DNA from: Candidatus Binatia bacterium
GTDB lineage: Bacteria; Desulfobacterota; Binatia; UBA1149; JAJCZL01
DNA: 64,000 nt
Direction of reading: 5' to 3'
NCBI GenBank assembly: GCA_028278325.1
Contig: JANQEO010000361.1
Coordinates: 202-64,201, forward strand
In this document: piece by piece, positions 47,573-56,222 of the stretch
Position numbering within the stretch: the first letter of the stretch is position 1
Layout of the letters: every line of letters starts with the position of its first letter
Notes under the pieces: generated by a model
Told to the model about the DNA's origin: nothing
Databases searched by the model: none
The model's input: the letters and a program-made list of their open reading frames with translations, nothing else
Position numbers and translations under genes: made by a program

Positions 47573-48805
47573 TCATACCGCCGGTTCATTGTATGTTTGC
47601 TCGAGAAAATCGACGAAGTCCTGCGCCAATCGGCGGCGATCGAACTCCCGCTCACCGAGTGCGCGTGCGTTGCTAGCCATCGCGTCGCGTGTGCGGGGCT
47701 CGTCGGCGAGCCGCTGCAGGGCATCGGCCAGCAGCTCCGGTTGACCTCCGGGCACGGCGATGCCGCAGTCGTGCTCGCCAATCATTTGTGCCAGCCAACC
47801 CCCGTAGTTGTTCACTACGGGCAGGCCCGCTGCGAGATAGTCGAAGAACTTGTTCGGCGATGTGCCGTAGTAGAAAGCCGGTACGTCGGCGAGCATCATG
47901 ATGCCAGCGTCGCATTTCCACAGCTCGGTAGCGAGCTGTCTCTTGGGAACCGGCTCTCGGAACTCGCAGTTGTCGAGCCGTTCCGTTGCGGCACGGCGCT
48001 GCAGCTCCGGCTTGAGCTTGCCATCGCCGATCATCAACAGGCGAATGTCGTCTCGCCCCCTTCGCTTCAAAACGGCTGCACAATCGAGCAGGGCATCGAG
48101 CCCGTTGGCGATGCCGTGAGCTCCGGTGAAGACGGCGGTGAACGGCGTGTTCCCATCCCGCGCTCTTGACGCCGAGTCCCCTGCGTTCCCGCCGAACAGC
48201 GCGAGGTCGCAGCCGTTGGGGATCATCCGCAACGGCTTTCCCGAACCCGAGCGGCGGCGTATGCCGTCTACTATGCCGGGTGAAAGACCGATGCAGGCGT
48301 CGGCGGTCCGATAGCTCAGCCACTCCAGCCAGTCCAGCAGCAGGAGCACGACAGGATTGGTGATGACACCCATTTCACGTGGAAGCTCAGGCCATAGATC
48401 GCGGACCTCGAACACGAACGGCTTTCGCCGCAGCAGCCGCGCGGCGATTCCGGGCAATCCCGCGGTCAACGGCGTGGAGCTGGCGAAAACGATGTCGTAC
48501 CGCCTCGTCAGAGCGATGCCGACGCTGCGCAACGCGTAGCGAACGAAGACCAGGCTGCGGCGCAGGAAACCGTCGCGGTTCCGGTAAGGCAGACGCAGCT
48601 CGATGACGTGAATCCCGTCGACGATGCCCTGCCTGCGGCCCATGACAAAATCCGCCGTCAAGCCGGAGGAGCCATCGCCGTAACTGCCGCAGACCACCGT
48701 CACGCGATGACCGCGAGCGATCAGTTCCCGGGCCATTTCGTACGAACGGGTGCCGGCGGCGCCGTCAGGCGTCGAGAAATGCTGATGATAGTAGAGGACG
48801 TCCAT
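47573..48805 (-). CDS. Glycosyltransferase family 4, WbuB-like
   Basis: The N-terminus is MDVLYYHQHFSTPDGAAGTRSYEMARELIARGHRVTVVCG. The product also contains GAHGIANGLD and SPNKFFDYLAAGLPVV. Confidence 0.8.
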   Translation of the reverse strand: MDVLYYHQHFSTPDGAAGTRSYEMARELIARGHRVTVVCGSYGDGSSGLTADFVMGRRQGIVDGIHVIELRLPYRNRDGFLRRSLVFVRYALRSVGIALTRRYDIVFASSTPLTAGLPGIAARLLRRKPFVFEVRDLWPELPREMGVITNPVVLLLLDWLEWLSYRTADACIGLSPGIVDGIRRRSGSGKPLRMIPNGCDLALFGGNAGDSASRARDGNTPFTAVFTGAHGIANGLDALLDCAAVLKRRGRDDIRLLMIGDGKLKPELQRRAATERLDNCEFREPVPKRQLATELWKCDAGIMMLADVPAFYYGTSPNKFFDYLAAGLPVVNNYGGWLAQMIGEHDCGIAVPGGQPELLADALQRLADEPRTRDAMASNARALGEREFDRRRLAQDFVDFLEQTYNEPAV

Positions 48806-48810
48806 GCAGC

Positions 48811-50703
48811 TTACTCAGGCAGGCGTATCTCGGTAAGCACGGAATGCTCACCCGGACCGAATTCGACCTCGAGCACCGGGATCGGCGAGCGCTGCATGTA
48901 GTAAAGCGATTCCCAGCCCTGTACGAGCTCGAAGCGCCGGATGGGCGACTCGCTCCGGATGGTTATCCGTATTCCATACGCCGCCAAAGAGAGCGCCCGC
49001 GCCTGCCAGTCACCGGGCACGAGCCGCCATCGCAACACGGCGCGTTCTTTGAATCCGCCGATGCAATCTTCGACCTGCCAGGCGCTGCCGTGCGCGCTGA
49101 CACGTCGCTGGTGACGGCAGCCGCGATGGTCGGTGTAGGAGCCGGCCCATTCGACATGGTCGTCGCTTGCGGAGACGGGGCTGACGGAGTCGGGGCTGAG
49201 CCATTCGGCAAACAGGAACCGCCCGATGCGCGGCATCTGGTCTTCCCCGTCGAACTCCACGGTGTTGTGGGAACGCGTGCCTGGGAAGTAGCTGTACCAT
49301 GGCTCCTCGGCGGCGTAGCTGAAGGTGCCACCGTCGCGAAGGACGTTACGGCCGCGGTGCCACAGATCCATATGCAGCGCATCGGCCTGGCTGGGACGAA
49401 ACCGAAAGCGCGGATACCGGATTGCTGCCCATGTATCCGCACGAGGCGGCCGTAACGTCACGATGCCGCCGCCATCGAGCAGCGTCGAGCGCGGCGGCCG
49501 CGATGTGCTGCCTGCAGGAGAAAGCTCGAGCCAGTGCAAGGCCTCGTCCCACGGTCCTTCCCCAAACATTCGCTCGTCGAGGAACAGCGCCGCCGCCAGT
49601 TGCAGCGTCGGGCGAAAATCGCGATAGTCGGTCTCGCAAAGCGGAAACAACATAGCGCCGTCATTGGCTCCGATGTTGGGTACGTGACCGCTGCGCAGGT
49701 CGAGTAACTGATACAACCATTCCGCGGCGGCGCGGGCACGGCCGTAAAACGACGCCGAGAAAGCCGGAAGCCTCAAACGCCGCCGCCAGAACTCGGCATT
49801 GCAAAGCGTGTCGAGCAATACGCGGTGGTAGTTCGTCGAGTACTGGGAGAAGCTGCCGTCCAAGGCGATCAGGCGTTCGACGCGCTCCTCCAGCCGCTTG
49901 AGCCCGATCGTATGCCAGCAACGCGCGTCGCGATGCACCCGGCCGCCATTATCGGCAAACTGTTGCAGAAACGCGCCGCCGACGTAGAGGGCTGCCGCCT
50001 CACTCGTGCCGTGGTTGTTGTCCTGTGCCGATCCGTAACCCATCGCAGGCGCAATGCGCCTGCAATGCTCTTCGACGAATCGTTGCAGCGCAGGCGCGGC
50101 CTCACTTGCCTTGTTCAGCAGATACTGCGCGAGCAGCACGTGAAGCAAGCGCAGGCTCGCCTCCTGGGCGCATCGCCAGTTGGGCCCGCGATTGGCGGGA
50201 TTACGCTCGAGCCAGTCGGCCGCCCACAGATTCATGAGTGCAATGAGTCCGGCATCCCCGGAAGCCTTGCAGGCGCGCGCAAGAACCACCGACCAGTCGA
50301 AGCGCGATAGCTCCCAGATGCACTTTATGTCGGATCCAGCGTCCTCGAACTCGTGCACCTTCGACCAGTGTCGGGTATTGGCGTCAAAGCGACCGCCTGA
50401 AAACGGGTCGCGAAACCAGTCGGGCGGCGAGCCGGTTTCGTGCAGGGCATAGGAAAAATACCGGTAGTAGCCCCTGGCCAATTCGGTTGCCTGGCGGCTC
50501 GGAGTCGTGTCGGACGTCGCCGGCCGGGCTTCGAAGCCCGGTCCGCCGCTAAAGAGATCGCCTTCGACGGGCGGTCGTACGGGTGTCAGATACCCGAAGA
50601 GTCCCGACGCGAGTTTGGCACGATAGAGTGCGATGGCGGCGAGATTGCCGAGACCCAGACGCAGCATAGTCCCCATGGTCCAGCGCAGGGTCGTGATCGT
50701 CAT
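48811..50703 (-). CDS. Heparinase II/III-family (alginate-lyase-superfamily) protein
   Basis: The 630 aa product contains PDWFRDPFSG...WSKVHEF...DIKCIWELSRFDW. This is typical of the N-terminal alpha/alpha toroid. HNNHG is present, and the C-terminal beta-sandwich region contains SHNTVEFDGEDQ. Confidence 0.7.
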   Translation of the reverse strand: MTITTLRWTMGTMLRLGLGNLAAIALYRAKLASGLFGYLTPVRPPVEGDLFSGGPGFEARPATSDTTPSRQATELARGYYRYFSYALHETGSPPDWFRDPFSGGRFDANTRHWSKVHEFEDAGSDIKCIWELSRFDWSVVLARACKASGDAGLIALMNLWAADWLERNPANRGPNWRCAQEASLRLLHVLLAQYLLNKASEAAPALQRFVEEHCRRIAPAMGYGSAQDNNHGTSEAAALYVGGAFLQQFADNGGRVHRDARCWHTIGLKRLEERVERLIALDGSFSQYSTNYHRVLLDTLCNAEFWRRRLRLPAFSASFYGRARAAAEWLYQLLDLRSGHVPNIGANDGAMLFPLCETDYRDFRPTLQLAAALFLDERMFGEGPWDEALHWLELSPAGSTSRPPRSTLLDGGGIVTLRPPRADTWAAIRYPRFRFRPSQADALHMDLWHRGRNVLRDGGTFSYAAEEPWYSYFPGTRSHNTVEFDGEDQMPRIGRFLFAEWLSPDSVSPVSASDDHVEWAGSYTDHRGCRHQRRVSAHGSAWQVEDCIGGFKERAVLRWRLVPGDWQARALSLAAYGIRITIRSESPIRRFELVQGWESLYYMQRSPIPVLEVEFGPGEHSVLTEIRLPE

Positions 50704-50758
50704 CGGCAGACACCGACTCCGGGCTGTCGATGTGTGTACCAGCGGCGCCGGAGCCGTC

Positions 50759-51862
50759 TCATTGCATCAAGCCCTCATAGTCGCTGACCATTCTCTCGAG
50801 CGACAGGGCTTTCACTGCGTAGCTGCGCGCTTCGACACCCAGGCTGCGGTATTGTCCGTCATCGAGTTCCGCGAGCCAGGCGATCGAGTCGGCACTGGAG
50901 CGCGGATCGCCGGGCTCGAAGCAGCGGCCGCGGCTCTCACCCACGAGTGTCACATTGTCGCCGGCATTGGAGGCCAGCACGGCCTTCCCGCACGCGAGCG
51001 CCTCGCAGACCGCATTCGGCAGACCTTTGCGGAATGCGGGATGAACGAGTGCCGTACACGTGCGCAGACGGTTCGGCACATCGTCGCATGCGCCGAGAAA
51101 ACGCCACTGATCCTCGAGCCTCAGCGCCTCCACTCGAGCCTGCAGCGACTCCCGATAGCTGCGCGCGGCAGGCGTATCGTCTACTCGGCCCGCCCATTCC
51201 ACTTGCACACGGAGCCGCATCTGATCCCTGCAGAGCGCAACGGCTTCGATCAACCCGTGAGCATTTTTTTTGCGAACCAATGTCCCCAACGCCAGCAAGC
51301 GAGGGTGTCGGTGGTCGTGATGCCCGGTTTCCTTCGGCGGAGCAAAAGCTTCCGTGTCGACGCCGTTGTGGATGACGCGGATGCGTTCGCGAATCCAAGG
51401 GTAGGCCTCGATCATCTCTGTTGCGTGCGTTTGCGAGTTGGTGACGACGTAGTCGGCGAGTCGGTGTAGCTGGCTGCGAACGCGGACAGGCAGCGGTAGC
51501 TTTGAGGTGCCGTAGTCGATTCGCTCGGTGGCGATGATCAGCGTATTTCGGGAGAGAATACCTGCGAGCTCCGCGTAGACGTTTGGCGTGTCGAGATACG
51601 AGATGCAGGCATCGAACTCTCCCCGTCGAAGCAGCGCGGCGAGCCTCACCGGTAACGCCGGCGAATACCTTGCGAGCTTTCGCAACTCGTGTACGACGAC
51701 TCCGGCAGCTTGCAGCCGCCCGCGGAGCTGCTGCCTGTCGGGATAGTACAGCGCAAGCTTGACTTCGTGACGACGCTCGCTGAGCCCCACGGCGAGATTC
51801 GCCATCTGACGTTGAGCGCCGCCCATGCCCAAATGGTCTATGACCAGGAGAATACGATGCAT
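50759..51862 (-). CDS. Glycosyltransferase family 4
   Basis: The product contains MHRILLVIDHLGMGGAQRQ at the N-terminus and LVHPAFRKGLPNAVCEALACGKAVLASNAGDN in the C-terminal region. Confidence 0.8.
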   Translation of the reverse strand: MHRILLVIDHLGMGGAQRQMANLAVGLSERRHEVKLALYYPDRQQLRGRLQAAGVVVHELRKLARYSPALPVRLAALLRRGEFDACISYLDTPNVYAELAGILSRNTLIIATERIDYGTSKLPLPVRVRSQLHRLADYVVTNSQTHATEMIEAYPWIRERIRVIHNGVDTEAFAPPKETGHHDHRHPRLLALGTLVRKKNAHGLIEAVALCRDQMRLRVQVEWAGRVDDTPAARSYRESLQARVEALRLEDQWRFLGACDDVPNRLRTCTALVHPAFRKGLPNAVCEALACGKAVLASNAGDNVTLVGESRGRCFEPGDPRSSADSIAWLAELDDGQYRSLGVEARSYAVKALSLERMVSDYEGLMQ

Positions 51863-51908
51863 GTTCGCTGCCGGCGGTGAACCTCGGGCATTCAGTCGCC
51901 GCGTTTCA

Positions 51909-52778
51909 TCAAATGACGTGCCAGGCGCTGTCGCCGCAACCTCCGAAGACCGAGACCTTCCGCTGGAACGGGGCGAGAACCACGTCGAACCGACTCAAGT
52001 ATCCCTGAACCTGCCCGGGCGCCACGAAGCCGCAAAAATGGACGTTGCCGGACTCTTCGAGCTTGCCGCGCCAGCGAGCGACGTCCTGTTCCGTTCCACC
52101 GATGATGTGAAACTTGGCGTCCGGGCACGCCTGCGCGAGGGGGCCGATCAATTCGATTCCCTTGCCGGGGTAGAGCTGACCGATGTAGCCTACCTGCAAT
52201 CCAGACGGCGAGCCCTGCAAGTCGACGTGTTCCGATGGTCCCGAGACCTGATCGGCGCCGTCGTGGGCGACTAGGATCCTGTCCTCTAACTCGGGATAGT
52301 CTACGGCAAAGCGCCGTTGCAGCGCCGCAGTGATGACGACGACGCGCTTGAGCGCGGGGTGCCTGCGGAGCACGCCGAACAATGAACGGGTGCCGCGCGC
52401 GAGATCATGGACTGGTTGGTGCGCCTCGTAGATGACGGGTGAGCCGGTGAGCGCCGCTGCTACGCCCCCGCTCAGAAAGCGGGTGTAAACGATGTCCGCG
52501 CGATTGCGTCGCGCACGCCGGGCCGCAAGCATCGCGTAAATGTAGGAGCTCCCCCGGATCCCCGGCCAGGCCAGGAACTGCACGTCGAACGACTCCTCGA
52601 CCCCGTAATACTTGAAGACGTCCCCGCTACCGATGTCGAGATCGCGCCCGGGCCGGGACGGGGCCAGCAGTCGCACGTCGTGACCGTTGGCGCTGAACGC
52701 GGCGCACATTCTCATAACGTGGATACTGTTGGCCGTTCGGGAGGGAATCAGCGAATTCGACAGGTATACGATCTTCAA
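51909..52778 (-). CDS. Glycosyltransferase family 4, apparently 3'-truncated (possible pseudogene)
   Basis: The N-terminus is normal for GT4: MKIVYLSNSLIPSRTANSIHVMRMCAAFSANGHDV. The ORF ends at ...FQRKVSVFGGCGDSAWHVI*, before any E-x7-E motif. Only 46 nt remain before the next gene's start codon. Confidence 0.55.
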   Translation of the reverse strand: MKIVYLSNSLIPSRTANSIHVMRMCAAFSANGHDVRLLAPSRPGRDLDIGSGDVFKYYGVEESFDVQFLAWPGIRGSSYIYAMLAARRARRNRADIVYTRFLSGGVAAALTGSPVIYEAHQPVHDLARGTRSLFGVLRRHPALKRVVVITAALQRRFAVDYPELEDRILVAHDGADQVSGPSEHVDLQGSPSGLQVGYIGQLYPGKGIELIGPLAQACPDAKFHIIGGTEQDVARWRGKLEESGNVHFCGFVAPGQVQGYLSRFDVVLAPFQRKVSVFGGCGDSAWHVI

Positions 52779-53649
52779 TCGTGAGTCCGGTCACTGGAAA
52801 GGCGCCAAGCATATGCGATATCGCCGATGCCTTGCCAGCCGGCGTCGATTCCGACGCGATCTGCGCGCCTATCGCGACGGCCAAGCACGGGGCGGACAGC
52901 TATCAGGCCGTGCCACCTTCGATTCAGAACCGCGACTTAGCACACTGCCCGCGGTCCGGAATGAAACCCGTAACGGATATCACACTTGCGTTTGCTGCTA
53001 TGCTCGCGCTGCGGACGGCTCTTGCTGCCAATAGTGCTGATTATCCTCCTGACGATGCGTCAACCGGTGTTGTCTACGCAAGTGCTTCCTTGGCCGGGGC
53101 GATTACGTCACAGCGATAGCCGTCGCCGCGCGAGGCCCGAACCGGCGCGTAACCCACGATAAAGGAGTAGACCTCTTCTGCTCAATCCAAAGGAGGATGA
53201 TGCCTCCGATACCGGAGGCCATAAAGTCGAGCCCGGAAATCTCACCGATGGGATAGAAAATAATCTCTATAACTTCCCGGGTTGGCAGGCAAGATTGGCC
53301 GAGGAAGCCGGCGCGGGACTGATACTGAGCGCCGATGACCCGGACGAGGCCGCCGCCCGACTCGCGGCCGTCGATGTGATTGCGATCACTCGCGGTCGTG
53401 GTAAATCCACCGATCTCGGGGCGCAAGGGACATACAACAAGTTTGCGGGGTACATCAGAAGTAGCCGCCGGGCCGGAATAGATGGTGGTTGACCTCCGAA
53501 GATATCGTCCGCTATTTTGTGGAATGCGAGTCGGCCAAAGGCTGTACCCTCGAGTATCGTATACCGCGGTCGGATTTTCCTGAGCTTCTATTGTTCGAAT
53601 GCATGGATAAGGATCAAAGAGGTTCCCCGTTGAGCTTGCTGCAGTCCGT

Positions 53650-54240
53650 GTGAAGCGGCCGTTCGACATAATTGTTGCGGCGACCGGTATCGTCGTGCTG
53701 GCGCCTCTGCTGCTGACGATTGCGGTTCTCGTACGCGTCGTGCACGGTAGTCCGGTCCTGTTCCGCCAGCAGCGGGCAGGCATCAAGGGTGAGCCGTTCC
53801 GCGTCGTGAAGTTTCGCACCATGCGCAACTGCAGCAACGCCGTCGTCGACCCGATACAGGATGGAAAAAGGCTCACCACTCTAGGGCGAGCGCTGCGGGC
53901 CAGCAGCCTGGACGAGCTGCCGACGCTGTGGAACGTCCTGCGCGGCGATATGAGTCTCGTCGGTCCGCGACCACTGCTGATGGAGTATCTGCCGCTGTAC
54001 ACGGACGAGCAGCGGCGCAGGCACGACGTGCGGCCCGGTATAACGGGATGGGCCCAGGTGAACGGCCGCAACGAACTCACCTGGGAAGAGAAGTTCGCTC
54101 TCGACGTCTGGTACGTCGACAACCGCTCCTTCGTCCTGGACCTGAGGATTTTGTGGATGACGGTAGGAAAAGTGCTCATCTCCGAAGGCATCAGTCAGAG
54201 CGGCACGGCGACGGCCGAACCGTTTCGCGGCTCCCGCTAG
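53650..54240 (+). CDS. Small monotopic initiating phosphoglycosyltransferase (bacterial sugar transferase, PglC/WbaP C-terminal type)
   Basis: The start is GTG. The product reads MKRPFDIIVAATGIVVLAPLLLTIAVLV...SPVLFRQQRAGIKGEPFRVVKFRTM...LDELPTLWNVLRGDMSLVGPRP...RPGITGWAQVNGRN. Confidence 0.9.
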   Translation: MKRPFDIIVAATGIVVLAPLLLTIAVLVRVVHGSPVLFRQQRAGIKGEPFRVVKFRTMRNCSNAVVDPIQDGKRLTTLGRALRASSLDELPTLWNVLRGDMSLVGPRPLLMEYLPLYTDEQRRRHDVRPGITGWAQVNGRNELTWEEKFALDVWYVDNRSFVLDLRILWMTVGKVLISEGISQSGTATAEPFRGSR

Positions 54241-54848
54241 TGCGCGGTCTGCTGGTACTCGGTGCCGGAGGGCACGGGCGTGTCGTCGCGGACGCCGCGT
54301 CAGGAGAATTCGACCGGATCGCGTTTCTGGATGATGCAGGCGACGCCCAGCCGGGGCACTGGCCGGTGCTGGGCCCGATCGAGGAACTGGCCGAGCATCG
54401 ACAGGCGTTCGGAGCGGCGGCGGTGTCGGTCGGCGACAACCGACGGCGGCTGGCCCTGCTCGACCGGCTGGCCGCAACCGAGTTCCGGATCGTGACCATC
54501 CTGCATCCGTCCGCATTCGTCAGCCAGCGGGCGCGGCTCGGAGCAGGCAGCGTCATCCTGGCGCAGGCCGCCGTGAACATCGGCGCACACATCGGACGAG
54601 GCTGCATCGTCAATACAGGTGCGACGGTCGATCACGATTGCGTCCTGGGAGACGGCGTGCACGTATCGCCGGGCGCGCACGTTGCCGGCGGCGTCACAGT
54701 CGGAGAGCGTTCATGGATCGGGATCGGAGCCGTCGTAAGAGAGGGGACCGCGATCGGTTCCGACGTCATCGTCGGAGCGGGTGCCGCTGTCGTCAAGGAC
54801 GTCGAGGCAGGCGAGACCGTGATCGGCGTACCGGCGGGACGGGCATAG
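54240..54848 (+). CDS. NeuD/PglD-family left-handed beta-helix sugar N-acetyltransferase
   Basis: The GTG at 54240 overlaps the TAG of the previous gene. The N-terminal Rossmann-like segment is LLVLGAGGHGRVVADAA. Hexapeptide repeats follow: IGAHIGRGCIVNTGATVDHDCVLGDGVHVSPGAHVAGGVTVGERSWIGIGAVV. Confidence 0.85.
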   Translation: MRGLLVLGAGGHGRVVADAASGEFDRIAFLDDAGDAQPGHWPVLGPIEELAEHRQAFGAAAVSVGDNRRRLALLDRLAATEFRIVTILHPSAFVSQRARLGAGSVILAQAAVNIGAHIGRGCIVNTGATVDHDCVLGDGVHVSPGAHVAGGVTVGERSWIGIGAVVREGTAIGSDVIVGAGAAVVKDVEAGETVIGVPAGRA

Positions 54849-56074
54849 TGGCCCGGCGTATTCATCGTGACGGTCCGAAGCTTGCCGTCGACGGCGGTCG
54901 TCCGGTCAGGGACAAGCCGTTTCCGAGCTGGCCGAACTATGGCCGCGACGAGATCGACAAGGTCGCAGACGTTTTGCGGTCCGCTCGGGTGAACTACTGG
55001 ACCGGCGATGAAGCGCGTCAGTTCGAACGGGAGTTCGCCCGCTACACTCAAAGGCGGCACGGTATTGCCGTCGCGAACGGAACGGTCGCGCTCGAGCTCG
55101 GGCTACGGGCGCTGGGCATCGGCACGGGCGACGAGGTCCTCGTCACGTCGCGGTCTTTCGTGGCATCGGCGAGTGCCGTGGTCCAGTGCGGGGCGACGCC
55201 GGTCTTCGTCGACGTCGACCCGGTTTCGCAGAACGTCACGGCCGACACGATCAAGCCGGCGATAAACGCCCGCACGCGCGCGATCGTGCTCGTTCATCTG
55301 GCTGGCTGGCCCTGCGATATGCGCGCCATAGGCGAACTCGCGAGCCGTCACGGACTCAAGCTGCTGGAAGACTGCGCTCAGGCACACGGCGCTGCGGACG
55401 GCGATCGGCCGGTGGGGTCGTTCGGAGATGCGGCGGCGTTTTCGTTCTGCCAGGACAAGATCATCTCGACCTGCGGCGAAGGCGGGATCCTGTTGACGGA
55501 CGACGACTCCGTTTGGGAAACAGCGTGGGCCTACAAGGATCACGGCAAGTCCTATCGTTCGGTCTACCAGAGCGAGCATCCAATCGGTTACCGCTGGCTG
55601 CACGAGAGCATAGGCACGAACTGGAGAATCACCGAGCCGCAGGCTGCGGTAGGCCGCATACAGCTCGGGAAGCTCGGCTCGTGGGTAGCCCAGCGAAATC
55701 GTGCCGCAAGCCGGCTGAATGCGGCGCTGGCTTCTGTTCCTGGCCTGCGTCTGACGCTGCCTTCGGAGAACGTGCGGCACGCCTATTACAAGTACTACCT
55801 GTTCGTCGAGCCGGACGAGCTGCGCGATGACTGGACCCGGGACGACGTGCTGAGCGCGATTTGCGCAGAGGGCGTTCCCTGCTACTCCGGCTCTTGTCCG
55901 GAGATCTATCGCGAGCAGGGATACACGGCCTTTGCGCCGAACGTGCGGCATCCCGTCGCCAGGAGGCTTGGTGAAACGTCCCTGATGTTCGAATCACATC
56001 CCATGTTGACCGATGACGACGTGGACGATGTCTGCCGCGCGATCGCGAAAGTCATGCGCGTCGCCGCGCGCTGA
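54848..56074 (+). CDS. DegT/DnrJ/EryC1/StrS-family PLP-dependent sugar aminotransferase (PglE-like)
   Basis: The GTG at 54848 overlaps the previous stop. The product contains FEREFARYTQRRHGIAVANGTVALELGLRALGIGTGDEVLV. It also has FSFCQDKIISTCGEGGILLT (the catalytic Lys region) and NWRITEPQAAVG. Confidence 0.9.
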   Translation: MARRIHRDGPKLAVDGGRPVRDKPFPSWPNYGRDEIDKVADVLRSARVNYWTGDEARQFEREFARYTQRRHGIAVANGTVALELGLRALGIGTGDEVLVTSRSFVASASAVVQCGATPVFVDVDPVSQNVTADTIKPAINARTRAIVLVHLAGWPCDMRAIGELASRHGLKLLEDCAQAHGAADGDRPVGSFGDAAAFSFCQDKIISTCGEGGILLTDDDSVWETAWAYKDHGKSYRSVYQSEHPIGYRWLHESIGTNWRITEPQAAVGRIQLGKLGSWVAQRNRAASRLNAALASVPGLRLTLPSENVRHAYYKYYLFVEPDELRDDWTRDDVLSAICAEGVPCYSGSCPEIYREQGYTAFAPNVRHPVARRLGETSLMFESHPMLTDDDVDDVCRAIAKVMRVAAR

Positions 56075-56222
56075 TACTGACTCCTCACCCGTATTGCAAC
56101 ACCGGGCGCAACGGCAGTTGGCGCGGTCACCGGTCGGCCGTTCTCGGCACCCGCCGTTAAGTCAACGGGCCAGGCCATGACTCGATGACCTCGGCTGCAT
56201 CGGGCGACGCAGGCTCGACGCT

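Noticed and set aside
53103-54191. 362 aa minus-strand ORF.
   Set aside because: Two thirds of it is antisense to the strongly supported PglC-type sugar transferase (53650-54240, plus). Its product is Arg/Ser/Thr/Pro-rich with no recognisable motif.
56075-56222. A possible bidirectional Rho-independent terminator between the convergent aminotransferase and OPX genes; similarly 33372-33408 between the CelD-like gene and prsK.
   Set aside because: I could not identify a clean GC-rich stem followed by a T-tract on either strand. Only weak, imperfect complementarity is present (for example ccgg...ccgg segments).
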